Positions 18,110 to 31,600 of a stretch of 64,000 bases of DNA are shown here, piece by piece. Under the pieces are notes generated by a model. The model was not told the origin of the DNA. It saw nothing but the letters and a program-made list of their open reading frames with translations, and made no database searches. Position numbers and translations under genes: made by a program. The stretch is taken from the NCBI GenBank assembly GCA_964016885.1, contig CAXHJY010000825.1:9030-73029 (forward strand), read 5' to 3'. This DNA comes from Eledone cirrhosa (Eukaryota). Numbering within the stretch: the stretch's first letter is position 1; the number at the start of each line of letters is the position of its first letter.

Positions 18110-18606
18110 CTCCTCTCTTTCCCTTTCTCCGCCGTTCTCTCTCTCTTTCCCTTTCTCCGCCGTTCTCTCTCTTGCTCTTTCTCCGCCGTTCTCTCTCTTT
18201 CTCTTTCTCCGCCGTTCTCTCTTTCCCTTTCTCCGCCGTTCTTTCTCTTTCTCCGCCGTTCTCGCTCTTTCTCCGCCGTTCTCTCTCTTTCCCTTTCTCC
18301 GCCGTTCTCTCTCTTTCCCTTTCTCCGCCGTTCTCTCTTTCCCTTTCTCCGCCGTTCTTTCTCTTTCTCCGCCGTTCTCTCTCTTTCCCTTTCTCCGCCG
18401 TTCTCTCTCTTTCCCTTTCTCCGCCGTTCTCTCTTTCCCTTTCTCCGCCGTTCTCTCTTTCCCTTCCTTTCTCCGTCGTTCTCTCTCTTTCTCTCTCCCT
18501 TCCTTTCTTTCTCCGTCGTTCTCTCTCTTTCTCTCTCCCTTCCTTTCTTTCTCTGTCGTTCTCTCTCTTTCTCTCTCCCTTCCTTTCTTTCTCTGTCGTT
18601 CTCTCA

Positions 18607-18639
<33 letters not shown>

Positions 18640-18935
18640 AACCCAGTTCCTCTTTCTCTTTTCCCTATATCTCACCCCTCTGTCTACACTCCTCTCTCCA
18701 TCACACACTCCTCTCTCTCTCTCTCTCCATCACACACTCCTCTCTCTCTCCATCACACACTCCTCTCTCTCTCCATCACACACTCCTCTCTCTCTCTCCA
18801 TCACACACTCCTCTCTCTCTCTCCATCACACACTCTTCTCTCTCTCCATCACACACTCTTCTCTCTCTCCATCACACACTCCTCTCTCTCTCCATCACAC
18901 ACTCCTCTCTCTCTCTCCATCACACACTCTTTCTT
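18110..18935. repeat. Two adjacent polypyrimidine minisatellites (TTCTCCGCCGTTCTCTC.. and CTCCATCACACACTCCTCTC..)
   Basis: Direct repeats. Confidence 0.87.
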
Positions 18936-20062
18936 TCACCTCCAATTTCCATAACCTTAACGATGTTACTTCCATCTTCCCCCCTCTATCTCTTTATCTC
19001 TCTATCTCTACCATATCACTTATTTCACATCTCTCTCTGTTTCTCCCCATTCCCCTAATCTCTTTTCTCTTCCTCTCATTACACTAATGCATCCCCCTCC
19101 CTCACTAACTTTACCATTTCACTTCCTTCTTCTCCCCTTTTACATCTTGCACACCTACCTCTTACTATTCTTCTTCACTTAGTATCTCTCTATATTGCTA
19201 CCACCTCGTATATCTCTGTCTGTCCACTCCTTTACTTAATTACTTTCCATCTCTCCCCTTCGCATCTTTTTCTCTCCCTCTCTATCGATCCAAACCCCGC
19301 CGTCATTGACTCCCCCTCTCCTCCTCGCTACTCTATCTATACATGTCTTAATTTATCTGTCTTTATCAAATACCTTGTGTGTGTGTGTGTATATATATAT
19401 ACACACACACACACACACATTACTTATCTTTATTCCTCTCTTTCCCCCTTCCCTTTATCTCCTGTTTTTGACATATTTCTCCCTCACTAAATTTGTGTAT
19501 AAATATACACACACACACACACGTGTGTCAGTATCTGTGTATATAACCCACACACATTATACACACGTGTGTATCTTTATCTGTGTATAAATACAGACAC
19601 ATACTCACATATACACACGTGTGTTGTTGTGTCAATATCTGTGTATATAAATATACACACGTGTGTATTCTATTGCTCAAGACCTTATACAAACCTGCGT
19701 GTGTGTATATATAGAGCTACACAGGTGTGTGTGTGTGTTCTATTGCTCTAAACATACTTGTGTCAGTGCGTGTGTATATATACTATTGCTCCAGACACAC
19801 ACGTGTGTCAGTGTGTATGTATGTGTGTCGGTGTGTCTCTGTTTGCTCAAGACCTTTACAGCCCTATGTAATTATTTCCGTTTTATTAAAACTCAATTCT
19901 GTCCACTGACTACTTACTTATTTACACATACACACACACACGCTCACATACGCTCTTTCACACTCACATACACACAGCCTTTCTCTCTACCAATCTACTT
20001 ACCTGTACAATTATCTACGTACATACTTGTCAATCTATTTACCTATATTCTGTCCAGAATAT

Positions 20063-21010
20063 ATCTATTTCCCTACCTTCCAACTTACCTGTATGTCTCT
20101 CTATTTCCCTACCTTCTAACCTACCTGTATGTCTCTCTATTTCCCTACCTTCTAACCTACCTGTATGTCTCTCTATTTCCCTACCTTCTAACCTACCTGT
20201 ACGTCTCTCTATTTCCCTACCTTCTAACCTACCTGTACGTCTCTCTATTTCCCTACCTTCTAACTTACCTGTCTGTCTCTCTATTTCCCTACCTTCTAAC
20301 CTACCTGTACGTCTCTCTATTTCCCTACCTTCTAACCTACCTGTATGTCTCTCTATTTCCCTACCTTCTAACCTACCTGTACGTCTCTCTATTTCCCTAC
20401 CTTCTAACCTACCTGTACGTCTCTCTATTTCCCTACCTTCTAACTTACCTGTCTGTCTCTCTATTTCCCTACCTTCTAACCTACCTGTACGTCTCTCTAT
20501 TTCCCTACCTTCTAACCTACCTGTATGTCTCTCTATTTCCCTACCTTCTAACCTACCTGTACGTCTCTCTATTTCCCTACCTTCTAACCTACCTGTACGT
20601 CTCTCTATTTCCCTACCTTCTAACCCACCTGTATGTCTCTCTATTTCCCTACCTTCTAACTTACCTGTATGTCTCTCTATTTCCCTACCTTCTAACCTAC
20701 CTGTATGTCTCTCTATTTCCCTACCTTCTAACCTACCTGTATGTCTCTCTATTTCCCTACCTTCTAACTTACCTGTATGTCTCTCTATTTCCCTACCTTC
20801 TAACCTACCTGTCTGTCTCTCTATTTCCCTACCTTCTAACTTACCTGTATGTCTCTCTATTTCCCTACCTTCTAACCTACCTGTATGTCTCTCTATTTCC
20901 CTACCTTCTAACTTACCTGTATGTCTCTCTATTTCCCTACCTTCTAACTTACCTGTATGTCTCTCTATTTCCCTACCTTCTAACTTACCTGTATGTCTCT
21001 CTATTTCCCT
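20063..21010. repeat. 36-bp tandem repeat CTATTTCCCTACCTTCTAACCTACCTGTATGTCTCT, ~26 copies
   Basis: Highly homogeneous period-36 array; explains the LFPYLLTYLYVS ORF. Confidence 0.96.
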
Positions 21011-21119
21011 CCCTCCTAATCTACCTGTCTCTCTCTCTCTTTCCCTCCCGATCTACACACCTATCCATCTATTTCTGTACCTACCTACCCAGCCTCTTCC
21101 AAGACCATCAATATTCGAG

Positions 21120-21246
21120 GAAGGGGTAAGTCGAATAACTCGACTCCAGTACATTACTGGTACCTTATTCATCGACCCCGTAGGGACGAAAGGTAAAGCT
21201 AACCTCTGCGGGATTTGACAGGTTGTCAGTTCGACACGCCACCGCC
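21120..21246 (-). mobile_element. Diverged Meta-domain SINE fragment
   Basis: Reverse complement contains TCAAATCCCGCAGAGGTTAGCTTTACCTTTCGTCCCTACGGGGTCGATGAATAAGGTACCAG. Confidence 0.7.
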
Positions 21247-21289
21247 CCTCCCCTCCTGGAAATAGTAACAAATAATATAGCCACCAAAC

Positions 21290-21885
21290 ATCACTAACAC
21301 TAGCACCACCAACACCACCACTAACACTAGCACCACCAACACCACCACCACTGACACCACCACAACCACCACCACTGACACCACCACTAACACAACCAAC
21401 ACTAACACCACCAACACCACCACAACCACCACCACAACCACCACCAACACCACCACTAACACTAACACCACCACTGACACCACCACCAACACCACCACTA
21501 ACACTAGCACCACCAACACCAACACCACTAACACAACCACCACCACTAACACTAGCACCACCAACACCACTGACACCACCACAACCACCACCACCAACAC
21601 CACCACCACCACCACCACTAGCACCACCAACACCACCGCAACCACCACCAACACCACTGACACCACAACCACCACAACCACCACGAACACCACCACTAAC
21701 ACCACCAACACCACCACCAACACCACCACTGACACCACCACCACAACCACCACCAACACCACCACTAACACTAGCACCACCAACACCACCACTAACACAA
21801 CCACCACCAACACCACTGGCACCACCAACACCACCACAACCACCACCAACACCAACACCACTGACACCACCACCTCCACCAACTA
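21290..21885. repeat. Degenerate (ACC/AAC)n trinucleotide repeat
   Basis: Direct inspection; similar tracts at 33955-34680, 42700-42990 and 56550-56920. Confidence 0.9.
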
Positions 21886-22235
21886 TAATAACTGTTAATA
21901 CTATAGTCCGCCTCCGCCACCACTGCCATCATCCTGTATTAATTTTATTACTACAACTCCGCCACCACCTCCTCCACCTTTAGAAGCTGTGATACATTCA
22001 TCACCCGCTCTCTTTCTTTCTCTTTCTCTCTCTCTCTTCTCTCTCTCTTTCTCCTTTTCTCTCCCTCACTGACTCTTTCTCCTTTTCTCTCCCTCTCTGA
22101 CTCTTTCTCCTTTTCTCTCCCTCTCTGACTCTCTCTCTCCCTCTCTTTCTCCCCCGTCTCTCCTCCTCGCTCACTGACTCTCTCTCTCTCTCTCTCTCTT
22201 TTTCTCCCCCGTCTCTCCTCCTCCTCGCTCACTGA

Positions 22236-22287
<52 letters not shown>

Positions 22288-22438
22288 GTCTCTCCCCCTC
22301 TTATCCTCACCCTACCCCCCACCCTGCTTTATATTTTCCTAATCATATCTTGCTCAACATCTGGTGTGTTTGGAGGTTGGAAATCAACCACTGTGCCACA
22401 CACACACATACAGCACACACAGTACACACACATCACAG

Positions 22439-22469
<31 letters not shown>

Positions 22470-23004
22470 TACACACACACATGCACATAGACACATACAT
22501 ACACACATGCACAGACACATACACACACTCAACTGTCCATCTTTTATAAATGAATTTGTAGTTACTCTCATCACTCCTTCACCCTCTCTTTCTGTCTTAG
22601 ACTTCCTCTTCCTCACCTCATACCCCCGCTCTCTCTCTCTCTCAAAGTCCCTTCTCTCCCCTCCTCTCTTCTCTCCCCCATCTCTACCCCTCTCTTCTCT
22701 ACCCCTCTCTCAACCCCCTCCTCTCTACCCCTCTCTCAACCCCCTCCTCTCTACCCCTCTCTCAACCCCCTCCTCTCAACCCCTCTCTCAACCCCTCTCT
22801 CAACCCCCTCCTCTCTACCCCTCTCTCAACCCCCTCCTCTCTACCCCTCTCTCAACCCCCTCTCTCAACCCCCTCTCTCAACCCCCTCCTCTTTCTCTAC
22901 CCACTCTCACTATTTCTCTATATACTACAGAATGAACTCTCAATAAATATCTCATTCTGACCAGTTCTTCCTTCCTAGTTATTCCTGTTTTTCCTGGTAC
23001 CATA

Positions 23005-23052
<48 letters not shown>

Positions 23053-23368
23053 TCTCCCTCTATCTCACACCAATCCGTCTGATCTCTCCCTCCTTTCTCT
23101 TTTTCTCTCCCCATCACCCCCTCTCCCTCTCCCTCCCTCTCTCACACCAATATGTCCGTCTGTCCACTTGGATCATTTCCTCATTATTTCCAACTTAACT
23201 TTAAAAAAAGAGAAACAGACATAACCTCGTCTCTCTCTACCCAGTCCTTTTACAGTTGTTGTTGTTGCTGTTGTTGTTGCTGTTTATCCACACACCCTTT
23301 ATATATTTAACGAACGTTCAATGATATATACATACACACACATATATATACACCTTTCTCTCGCTTTC

Positions 23369-23418
<50 letters not shown>

Positions 23419-23419
23419 T

Positions 23420-23526
<107 letters not shown>

Positions 23527-24112
23527 ACATATCTTCGATAATATATACACACACCATACTTCAATGACAGTTCTAATGTTTTGAGCGGGAAAATATATCG
23601 TTTTCTCTATTAGACAATCTTTTTATTTAATTCTTTAAAAAAAAAAGTAAACCTTCCTTCCTTCCTTTATACGGAGGAATAACTCTTATCTTCTAAAACC
23701 CTTGTAAAAAATAGGGGACAGGAAAGGCCCTTTGATGTGTAATTTGCTGGCATTCCTTTTAATAATTCTCTATTACACAGCTGTATAACAGTCGAATGAA
23801 TTTATTGCATGTATGCACACACACACACACGTGTGTGTGTGTGATATAATATATATTGTGTGTATACCCATGCAAGCGTGGAGAAATAGACGTCAAATGA
23901 TATATATATATATATACATATATATACACACACACATACACTCTGTCCTTCCCCCCTCCCATCATGATTCCCACACCCTATCTCTCAATTTACGTGGGTG
24001 TGAGGTGCTGCAAATTGCGATGACAGCCCCTGTGTCTGCCCCCACCCTGTCATCAGACAGTAGAATGCGGGTGGGGGACAGCAAACCAAACTATCATACA
24101 TATATATTTGGG

Positions 24113-24151
<39 letters not shown>

Positions 24152-24751
24152 CCAAACAAGCCCAGCCAAGCAATCACTCACTCTCATGGCATTTCCTCCT
24201 TAAACAACTTCACTCTCTCACGCCCCTCCCCCTCTCTGTAAAACAACAATTAGGACACCCCCTCCACTCTGTTAACTTCAGATGTTTTGTTTTTTTTACT
24301 TCTATGTATCACTGAAGCCAGTCACATCTTGTCTGTCTGTCTGTCACTGTAAATTTTCCCCCTCTCTATTTATGTCTCTTTATTTCAGTGGTTCTTAGGA
24401 ACAGGCACATCTCTCCCTCCCCTCCCCCTTTGCAACCCCTTGTCACATCACACCTTCGACCCTCTCCTTGCCACATCACACCCTCGACCCTCTCCTTGCA
24501 ACTCTATGTCACATCACACCCTGCCCTCCACCTTTATCTTGCGACCCCATGTCATACCATCCACCCCTTCTGATCCTAAGTCAACACAATATGTCTTCCA
24601 ATCTGTAGTCATCTCATTTTTTCAATGATACATTTACAGTTTTAATTAATTAATGATGCAGCTAATTGAAGAAACAAATTAAAGTTTTGCTTTTTTGTAA
24701 ACTGTTAATTTCTGAACATCCTTAGTTGAATATATATTTCTTTTGATATAT

Positions 24752-24812
24752 ATAGGAACGAGTAGGACCCCGACGGCTTGAGCTCAGCCGTCGGGGTCCT
24801 ACTCGTTCCTAT
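24752..24812. repeat. Perfect 27-bp inverted repeat with 7-nt loop
   Basis: ATAGGAACGAGTAGGACCCCGACGGCT-tgagctc-AGCCGTCGGGGTCCTACTCGTTCCTAT. Confidence 0.95.
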
Positions 24813-24889
24813 TACCCACTCTACTACCCTAAGTATTGAGTACTTTGGTGCGTTATGGTCCATCTGGTTCCTTACCACATTTCCTTCGT

Positions 24890-24928
<39 letters not shown>

Positions 24929-25140
24929 CTATATACATATATATATATATATATAGTTATATATACTATATATATATACTATAGATGGGTATATATTTAA
25001 TTTTATATGTATATTATTTCATTTGATATATATAGATGCTATAGTTGAGTATATATTTCATTTGATATATATATATACTATAGTTGAGTATATATTTCAT
25101 TTGATATATATATATACTATAGTTGAGTATATATTTCATT

Positions 25141-25180
<40 letters not shown>

Positions 25181-25246
25181 TATAGTTGGGTATATATTTC
25201 ATTTGATATATATATATATATACTATAGTTGGGTATATATTTCATT

Positions 25247-25280
<34 letters not shown>

Positions 25281-25329
25281 TATAGTTGAGTATATATTTC
25301 ATTTGATATATATACAAGGTTATCAGGTG

Positions 25330-26580
25330 TACGACCAGTTGGCTGGAATTTGTGGACGACATGGTACTGCTTAAAACATCCTCTCAAGGAAGCCTACACA
25401 GTGCACTCTATATGTGAATGTAGTTCCACTGAAGCAGGTGGAGAAGTTCAAGTATCTCTGGGCTGTGTTCGGGAGTGATGGAAGGCAGGAGGCTGAATTT
25501 TAGTGCAAGAATTGAGGTTGGCGTAAAAGCCAAACTCATTATTTTCAATTTGGTATTTGTGTTAACCCTTACGTATGATCACAGATCTTGGGTAATAACT
25601 GAAATTATACAATTGCAATAAAAGCAGCCAAAATGGTGTTTCTCTGACATTATTTCATAGTGGTGGTGGATTGGCAGTAGAATCGGTAGAGGATCGGACG
25701 CCATGCTTTCCAGCATAGTTACGTCCCTTTACGATCTGAGTTCAAATCCCGCCGAGGATGACTTTGCCTTTCATCCTTACGGGGTCGATAAAATAAAGTA
25801 CCAGTAATGCACTGAGATAATTGCTGGCGTTGTGCCAAAAGTAGAAACAATTATTTCATAGTGGATTGGCAGTATTGGTAGAGGGTCGGACGCCATGCTA
25901 GGGTGGTGGATTGGCAGTATCGGTAGAGGGTCGGACGCCATGCTAGGGTGGTGGATTGGCAGTATCGGTAGAGGGTCGGACGCCATGCTAGGGTGGTGGA
26001 TTGGCAGTATCGGTAGAGGGTCGGACGCCATGCTAGGGTGGTGGATTGGCAGTATCGGTAGAGAGTCGGACGCCATGCTAGGATGGTGGATTGGCAGAAT
26101 CGGTAGAGGGTCGGACGCCATGCTTTGACGCATAGAGTTACGGTCCTTGCTATTCTGAGTTCAAATCCCGCCGAGGTTAACTTTGCCTTTCATCCTTACG
26201 GGGTCGATAAAAATAAAGTACCAGTAATACACTGAGATAAATAATTGCTGGCCTTGTGCCAAAAAGTAGAAACAATTATTTCATAGTGTGTAGCTTGAAG
26301 ATCAAAGCCGCAGCATCTAGAGCTGCTACTTCTCTGAATTGAGACATCATAGCTCCGATACTATGAACATGTGGTTAGAATGTCTTAGGAAAGAATCGGT
26401 GGACAGATTTTTATGGGCAAAACCAACCAGTAGGAGACCCAGGGGTATATTTTTAGCAAGATGGACGGATAACATCCATGAACTTGTCTAGTCTCGTTAG
26501 GCGATCCAGCAGGATCAGTTCGTCAGTTGCTTCTGACAAGAACTGGTACGCATGCTTGAGGATTCTCCTCCACAACCCTT
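25330..26580 (+). mobile_element. Decayed RTE (Rex3/Expander-like) LINE fragment interrupted by two SINEs
   Basis: FVDDMVL and PLKQVEKFKYL..VFGSDGR remnants; homologous to 36440-36965 on the minus strand; resumes after 26288. Confidence 0.7.
25663..26288 (+). mobile_element. Two tandem SINE family C (Meta-domain) copies; the second has a six-fold amplified 45-bp head
   Basis: A box TGGCAGTATCGG, B box GAGTTCAAATCCC, GCCTTTCATCCTTACGGGGTCGATAAAATAAAGTACC. The 14-mer ATTATTTCATAGTG occurs three times. Confidence 0.9.
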
Positions 26581-26669
26581 CAAAGAATGAGCAAAGATGA
26601 TATATACAAATATACACCGCTGTTCGGCGTACTGGTATTTCATTAGCGTTATATGTAGTTGGATGTGTG

Positions 26670-26689
<20 letters not shown>

Positions 26690-26702
<13 letters not shown>

Positions 26703-26714
26703 TATATAGTTGGG

Positions 26715-26746
<32 letters not shown>

Positions 26747-26758
26747 TATATAGTTGGG

Positions 26759-26790
<32 letters not shown>

Positions 26791-26900
26791 TACATATATA
26801 TAGTTGGGTATATATATATATAGAGAGAGAGAGATACATATATATAGTTGGGTATATATATATATATATAGAGAGAGAGAGATACATATATATAGTTGGG

Positions 26901-26960
<60 letters not shown>

Positions 26961-27059
26961 TAGTTGGGTATATATATATATAGAGAGAGAGAGAGATACA
27001 TATATATAGTTGGGTATATATATATATAGAGAGAGAGAGAGATACATATATATAGTTGG

Positions 27060-27098
<39 letters not shown>

Positions 27099-27116
27099 TA
27101 CATATATATAGTTGGG

Positions 27117-27148
<32 letters not shown>

Positions 27149-27164
27149 TACATATATATAGTTG

Positions 27165-27210
<46 letters not shown>

Positions 27211-27578
27211 TACATATATATAGTTGGGTATATATATATATAGAGAGAGAGAGATACATATATATAGTTGGGTATATATATATAGAGAGAGAGAGATACA
27301 TATATATAGTTGGGTCTATATATATATATAGAGAGAGAGAGATATACATATATATAGTTGGGTATATATATATATATAGAGAGAGAGAGTTACATATAGT
27401 TGGGTATATATATATATATAGAGAGAGAGAGATACATATATATAGTTGGGTATATATATATATATAGAGAGAGAGAGATACATATATATAGTTGGGTATA
27501 TATATATATAGAGAGAGATACATATATATAGTTGGGTATATATATATATAGAGAGAGAGATACATATATATAGTTGGG

Positions 27579-27628
<50 letters not shown>

Positions 27629-27738
27629 TATACATATATATAGTTGGGTATATATATATATATATAGAGAGAGAGATACATATATATAGTTGGGTATATA
27701 TATATATATAGAGAGAGAGAGATACATATATATAGTTG

Positions 27739-27802
<64 letters not shown>

Positions 27803-27913
27803 TACATATATATAGTTGGGTATATATATATATATATAGAGAGAGAGAGATACATATATATAGTTGGGTCTATATATATATATAGAGAGAGAGAGATACA
27901 TATATATAGTTGG

Positions 27914-27958
<45 letters not shown>

Positions 27959-28310
27959 TACATATATATAGTTGGGTCTATATATATATAGAGAGAGAGA
28001 GAGATATACATATATATAGTTGGGTATATATATATAGAGAGAGAGAGATATATACATATATATAGTTGGGTCTATATATATATAGAGAGAGAGATACATA
28101 TATATAGTTGGGTATATATATATATATAGAGAGAGAGAGATACATATATATAGTTGGGTATATATATATATAGAGAGAGAGAGAGAGATATATACATATA
28201 TATAGTTGGGTCTATATATATATATATAGAGAGAGAGATACATATATATAGTTGGGTCTATATATAAAGAGAAAAAGATAGATGCATATATATAGTTGGG
28301 TTTATATAGA
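26690..28310. repeat. Compound minisatellite TACATATATATAGTTGGG(TA)n(GA)n
   Basis: Fixed core with variable TA and GA runs; more than 30 units. Confidence 0.93.
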
Positions 28311-28621
28311 CCCGAAAGAGAGAGAGGGAGAGATTGTTGAATATATTGGTATTTACACACAATGTAGACTACAGTTGTGGGTGTTGGTATTTTTTAGCGT
28401 GTGTGTGTGTGTGTGTGTATATATATACATACATACAAACACGTGTTTCATTGTTCATTTCTATGTATATTTATAGAGATGTGTTGCTAGCACCCACATA
28501 TAAACAACATAACAAGCACAATACAGAGTTTGGAATCTACATGATAAACATACCCAGTGCTCTCTATAATGTGGTTGATCCTAGGCAGAGCATACAGCTG
28601 AAGGACCCTTCAGTTGCTTCA

Positions 28622-31600
28622 GACATGACAACCTCCCTAGTGCTAGTGATATGAAGGGCATCAGGTCATAGAAACCCTGCCAAACAAAGACATGACAACT
28701 TCCCTAGTGCTAGTGATATAAAGGGCATCAAACCATAGAAACCCTGCCAAACAAAGACATGACAACTTCCCTAGTGCTAGTGATATGAAGGCCATAGAAA
28801 CCCTTCCAAACAAAGACATGACAACCTCCCTAGTGCTAGTGACACGAAGGCCATAGAAACCCTTCCAAACAAAGACATGACAACTTCCCTAGTGCTAGTG
28901 ATATAAAGGGCATCAAACCATAGAAACCCTTCCAAACAAAGACACGACAACCTCCCTAGTGCTAGTGACACGAAGGCCATAGAAACCCTTCCAAACAAAG
29001 ACATGACAACCTCCCTAGTGCTAGTGACACGAAGGCCATAGAAACCCTTCCAAACAAAGACACGACAACCTCCCTAGTGCTAGTGACACGAAGGCCATAG
29101 AAACCCTTCCAAACAAAGACACGACAACCTCCCTAGTGCTAGTGACACGAAGGCCATAGAAACCCTTCCAAACAAAGACACGACAACCTCCCTAGTGCTA
29201 GTGACACGAAGGCCATAGAAACCCTTCCAAACAAAGACACGACAACCTCCCTAGTGCTAGTGACACGAAGGCCATAGAAACCCTTCCAAACAAAGACATG
29301 ACAACCTCCCTAGTGCTAGTGACACGAAGGCCATAGAAACCCTTCCAAACAAAGACATGACAACCTCCCTAGTGCTAGTGACACGAAGGCCATAGAAACC
29401 CTTCCAAACAAAGACACGACAACCTCCCTAGTGCTAGTGACACGAAGGCCATAGAAACCCTTCCAAACAAAGACACGACAACCTCCCTAGTGCTAGTGAC
29501 ACGAAGGCCATAGAAACCCTTCCAAACAAAGACATGACAACCTCCCTAGTGCTAGTGACACGAAGGCCATAGAAACCCTTCCAAACAAAGACACGACAAC
29601 CTCCCTAGTGCTAGTGACACGAAGGCCATAGAAACCCTTCCAAACAAAGACATGACAACCTCCCTAGCGCTAGTGACACGAAGGCCATAGAAACCCTTCC
29701 AAACAAAGACATGACAACCTCCCTAGTGCTAGTGACACGAAGGCCATAGAAACCCTTCCAAACAAAGACATGACAACCTCCCTAGTGCTAGTGACACGAA
29801 GGCCATAGAAACCCTTCTAAACAAAGACATGACAACTTCCCTAGTGCTAGTGACACGAAGGCCATAGAAACCCTTCCAAACAAAGACATGACAACCTCCC
29901 TAGTGCTAGTGACACGAAGGCCATAGAAACCCTTCCAAACAAAGACATGACAACCTCCCTAGTGCTAGTGACACGAAGGCCATAGAAACCCTTCCAAACA
30001 AAGACATGACAACTTCCCTAGTGCTAGTGATACGAAGGCCATAGTAACCCTTCCAAACAAAGACACGACAACCTCCCTAGTGCTAGTGACACGAAGGCCA
30101 TAGAAACCCTTCCAAACAAAGACATGACAACCTCCCTAGTGCTAGTGACACGAAGGCCATAGAAACCCTTCCAAACAAAGACATGACAACTTCCCTAGTG
30201 CTAGTGACACGAAGGCCATAGAAACCCTTCCAAACAAAGACACGACAACCTCCCTAGTGACACGAAGGCCATAGAAACCCTTCCAAACAAAGACATGACA
30301 ACCTCCCTAGTGCTAGTGACACGAAGGCCATAGAAACCCTTCCAAACAAAGACATGACAACCTCCCTAGTGCTAGTGACACGAAGGCCATAGAAACCCTT
30401 CCAAACAAAGACATGACAACTTCCCTAGTGCTAGTGACACGAAGGCCATAGAAACCCTTCCAAACAAAGACACGACAACCTCCCTAGTGACACGAAGGCC
30501 ATAGAAACCCTTCCAAACAAAGACATGACAACCTCCCTAGTGCTAGTGACACGAATGCCATAGAAACCCTTCCAAACAAAGACATGACAACCTCCCTAGT
30601 GCTAGTGACACGAAGGCCATAGAAACCCTTCCAAACAAAGACATGACAACCTCCCTAGTGCTAGTGACACGAAGGCCATAGAAACCCTTCCAAACAAAGA
30701 CATGACAACTTCCCTAGTGCTAGTGACACGAAGGCCATAGAAACCCTTCCAAACAAAGACACGACAACCTCCCTAGTGACACGAAGGCCATAGAAACCCT
30801 TCCAAACAAAGACATGACAACCTCCCTAGTGCTAGTGACACGAAGGCCATAGAAACCCTTCCAAACAAAGACACGACAACCTCCCTAGTGCTAGTGACAC
30901 GAAGGCCATAGAAACCCTTCCAAACAAAGACATGACAACCTCCCTAGTGCTAGTGACACGAAGGCCATAGAAACCCTTCCAAACAAAGACATGACAACCT
31001 CCCTAGTGCTAGTGACACGAAGGCCATAGAAACCCTTCCAAACAAAGACACGATAACCTCCCTAGTGCTAGTGACACGAAGGCCATAGAAACCCTTCCAA
31101 ACAAAGACATGACAACCTCCCTAGTGCTAGTGACACGAAGGCCATAGAAACCCTTCCAAACAAAGACACGACAACCTCCCTAGTGCTAGTGACACGAAGG
31201 CCATAGAAACCCTTCCAAACAAAGACACGACAACCTCCCTAGTGCTAGTGACACGAAGGCCATAGAAACCCTTCCAAACAAAGACACGACAACCTCCCTA
31301 GTGCTAGTGACACGAAGGCCATAGAAACCCTTCCAAACAAAGACACGACAACCTCCCTAGTGCTAGTGACACGAAGGCCATAGAAACCCTTCCAAACAAA
31401 GACACGACAAACTCCCTAGTGCTAGTGATATGAAGGGCATCAAGCCATAGAAACCCTTCCAAACAAAGACATGACAACCTCCCTAGTGCTAGTGACACGA
31501 AAGCCATAGAAACCCTTCCAAACAAAGACATGACAACCTCCCTAGTGCTAGTGACACGAAGGCCATAGAAACCCTTCCAAACAAAGACATGACAACCTCC

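Noticed and set aside
19663-21129. 488-aa ORF with a 12-aa repeat
   Set aside because: Product of the 36-bp satellite, with microsatellite-derived N-terminus and no domain.
21226-21882. Poly-Val or mucin-like poly-Thr ORFs (also 34238, 42654, 56539)
   Set aside because: Degenerate ACC trinucleotide repeats without splice or domain context.
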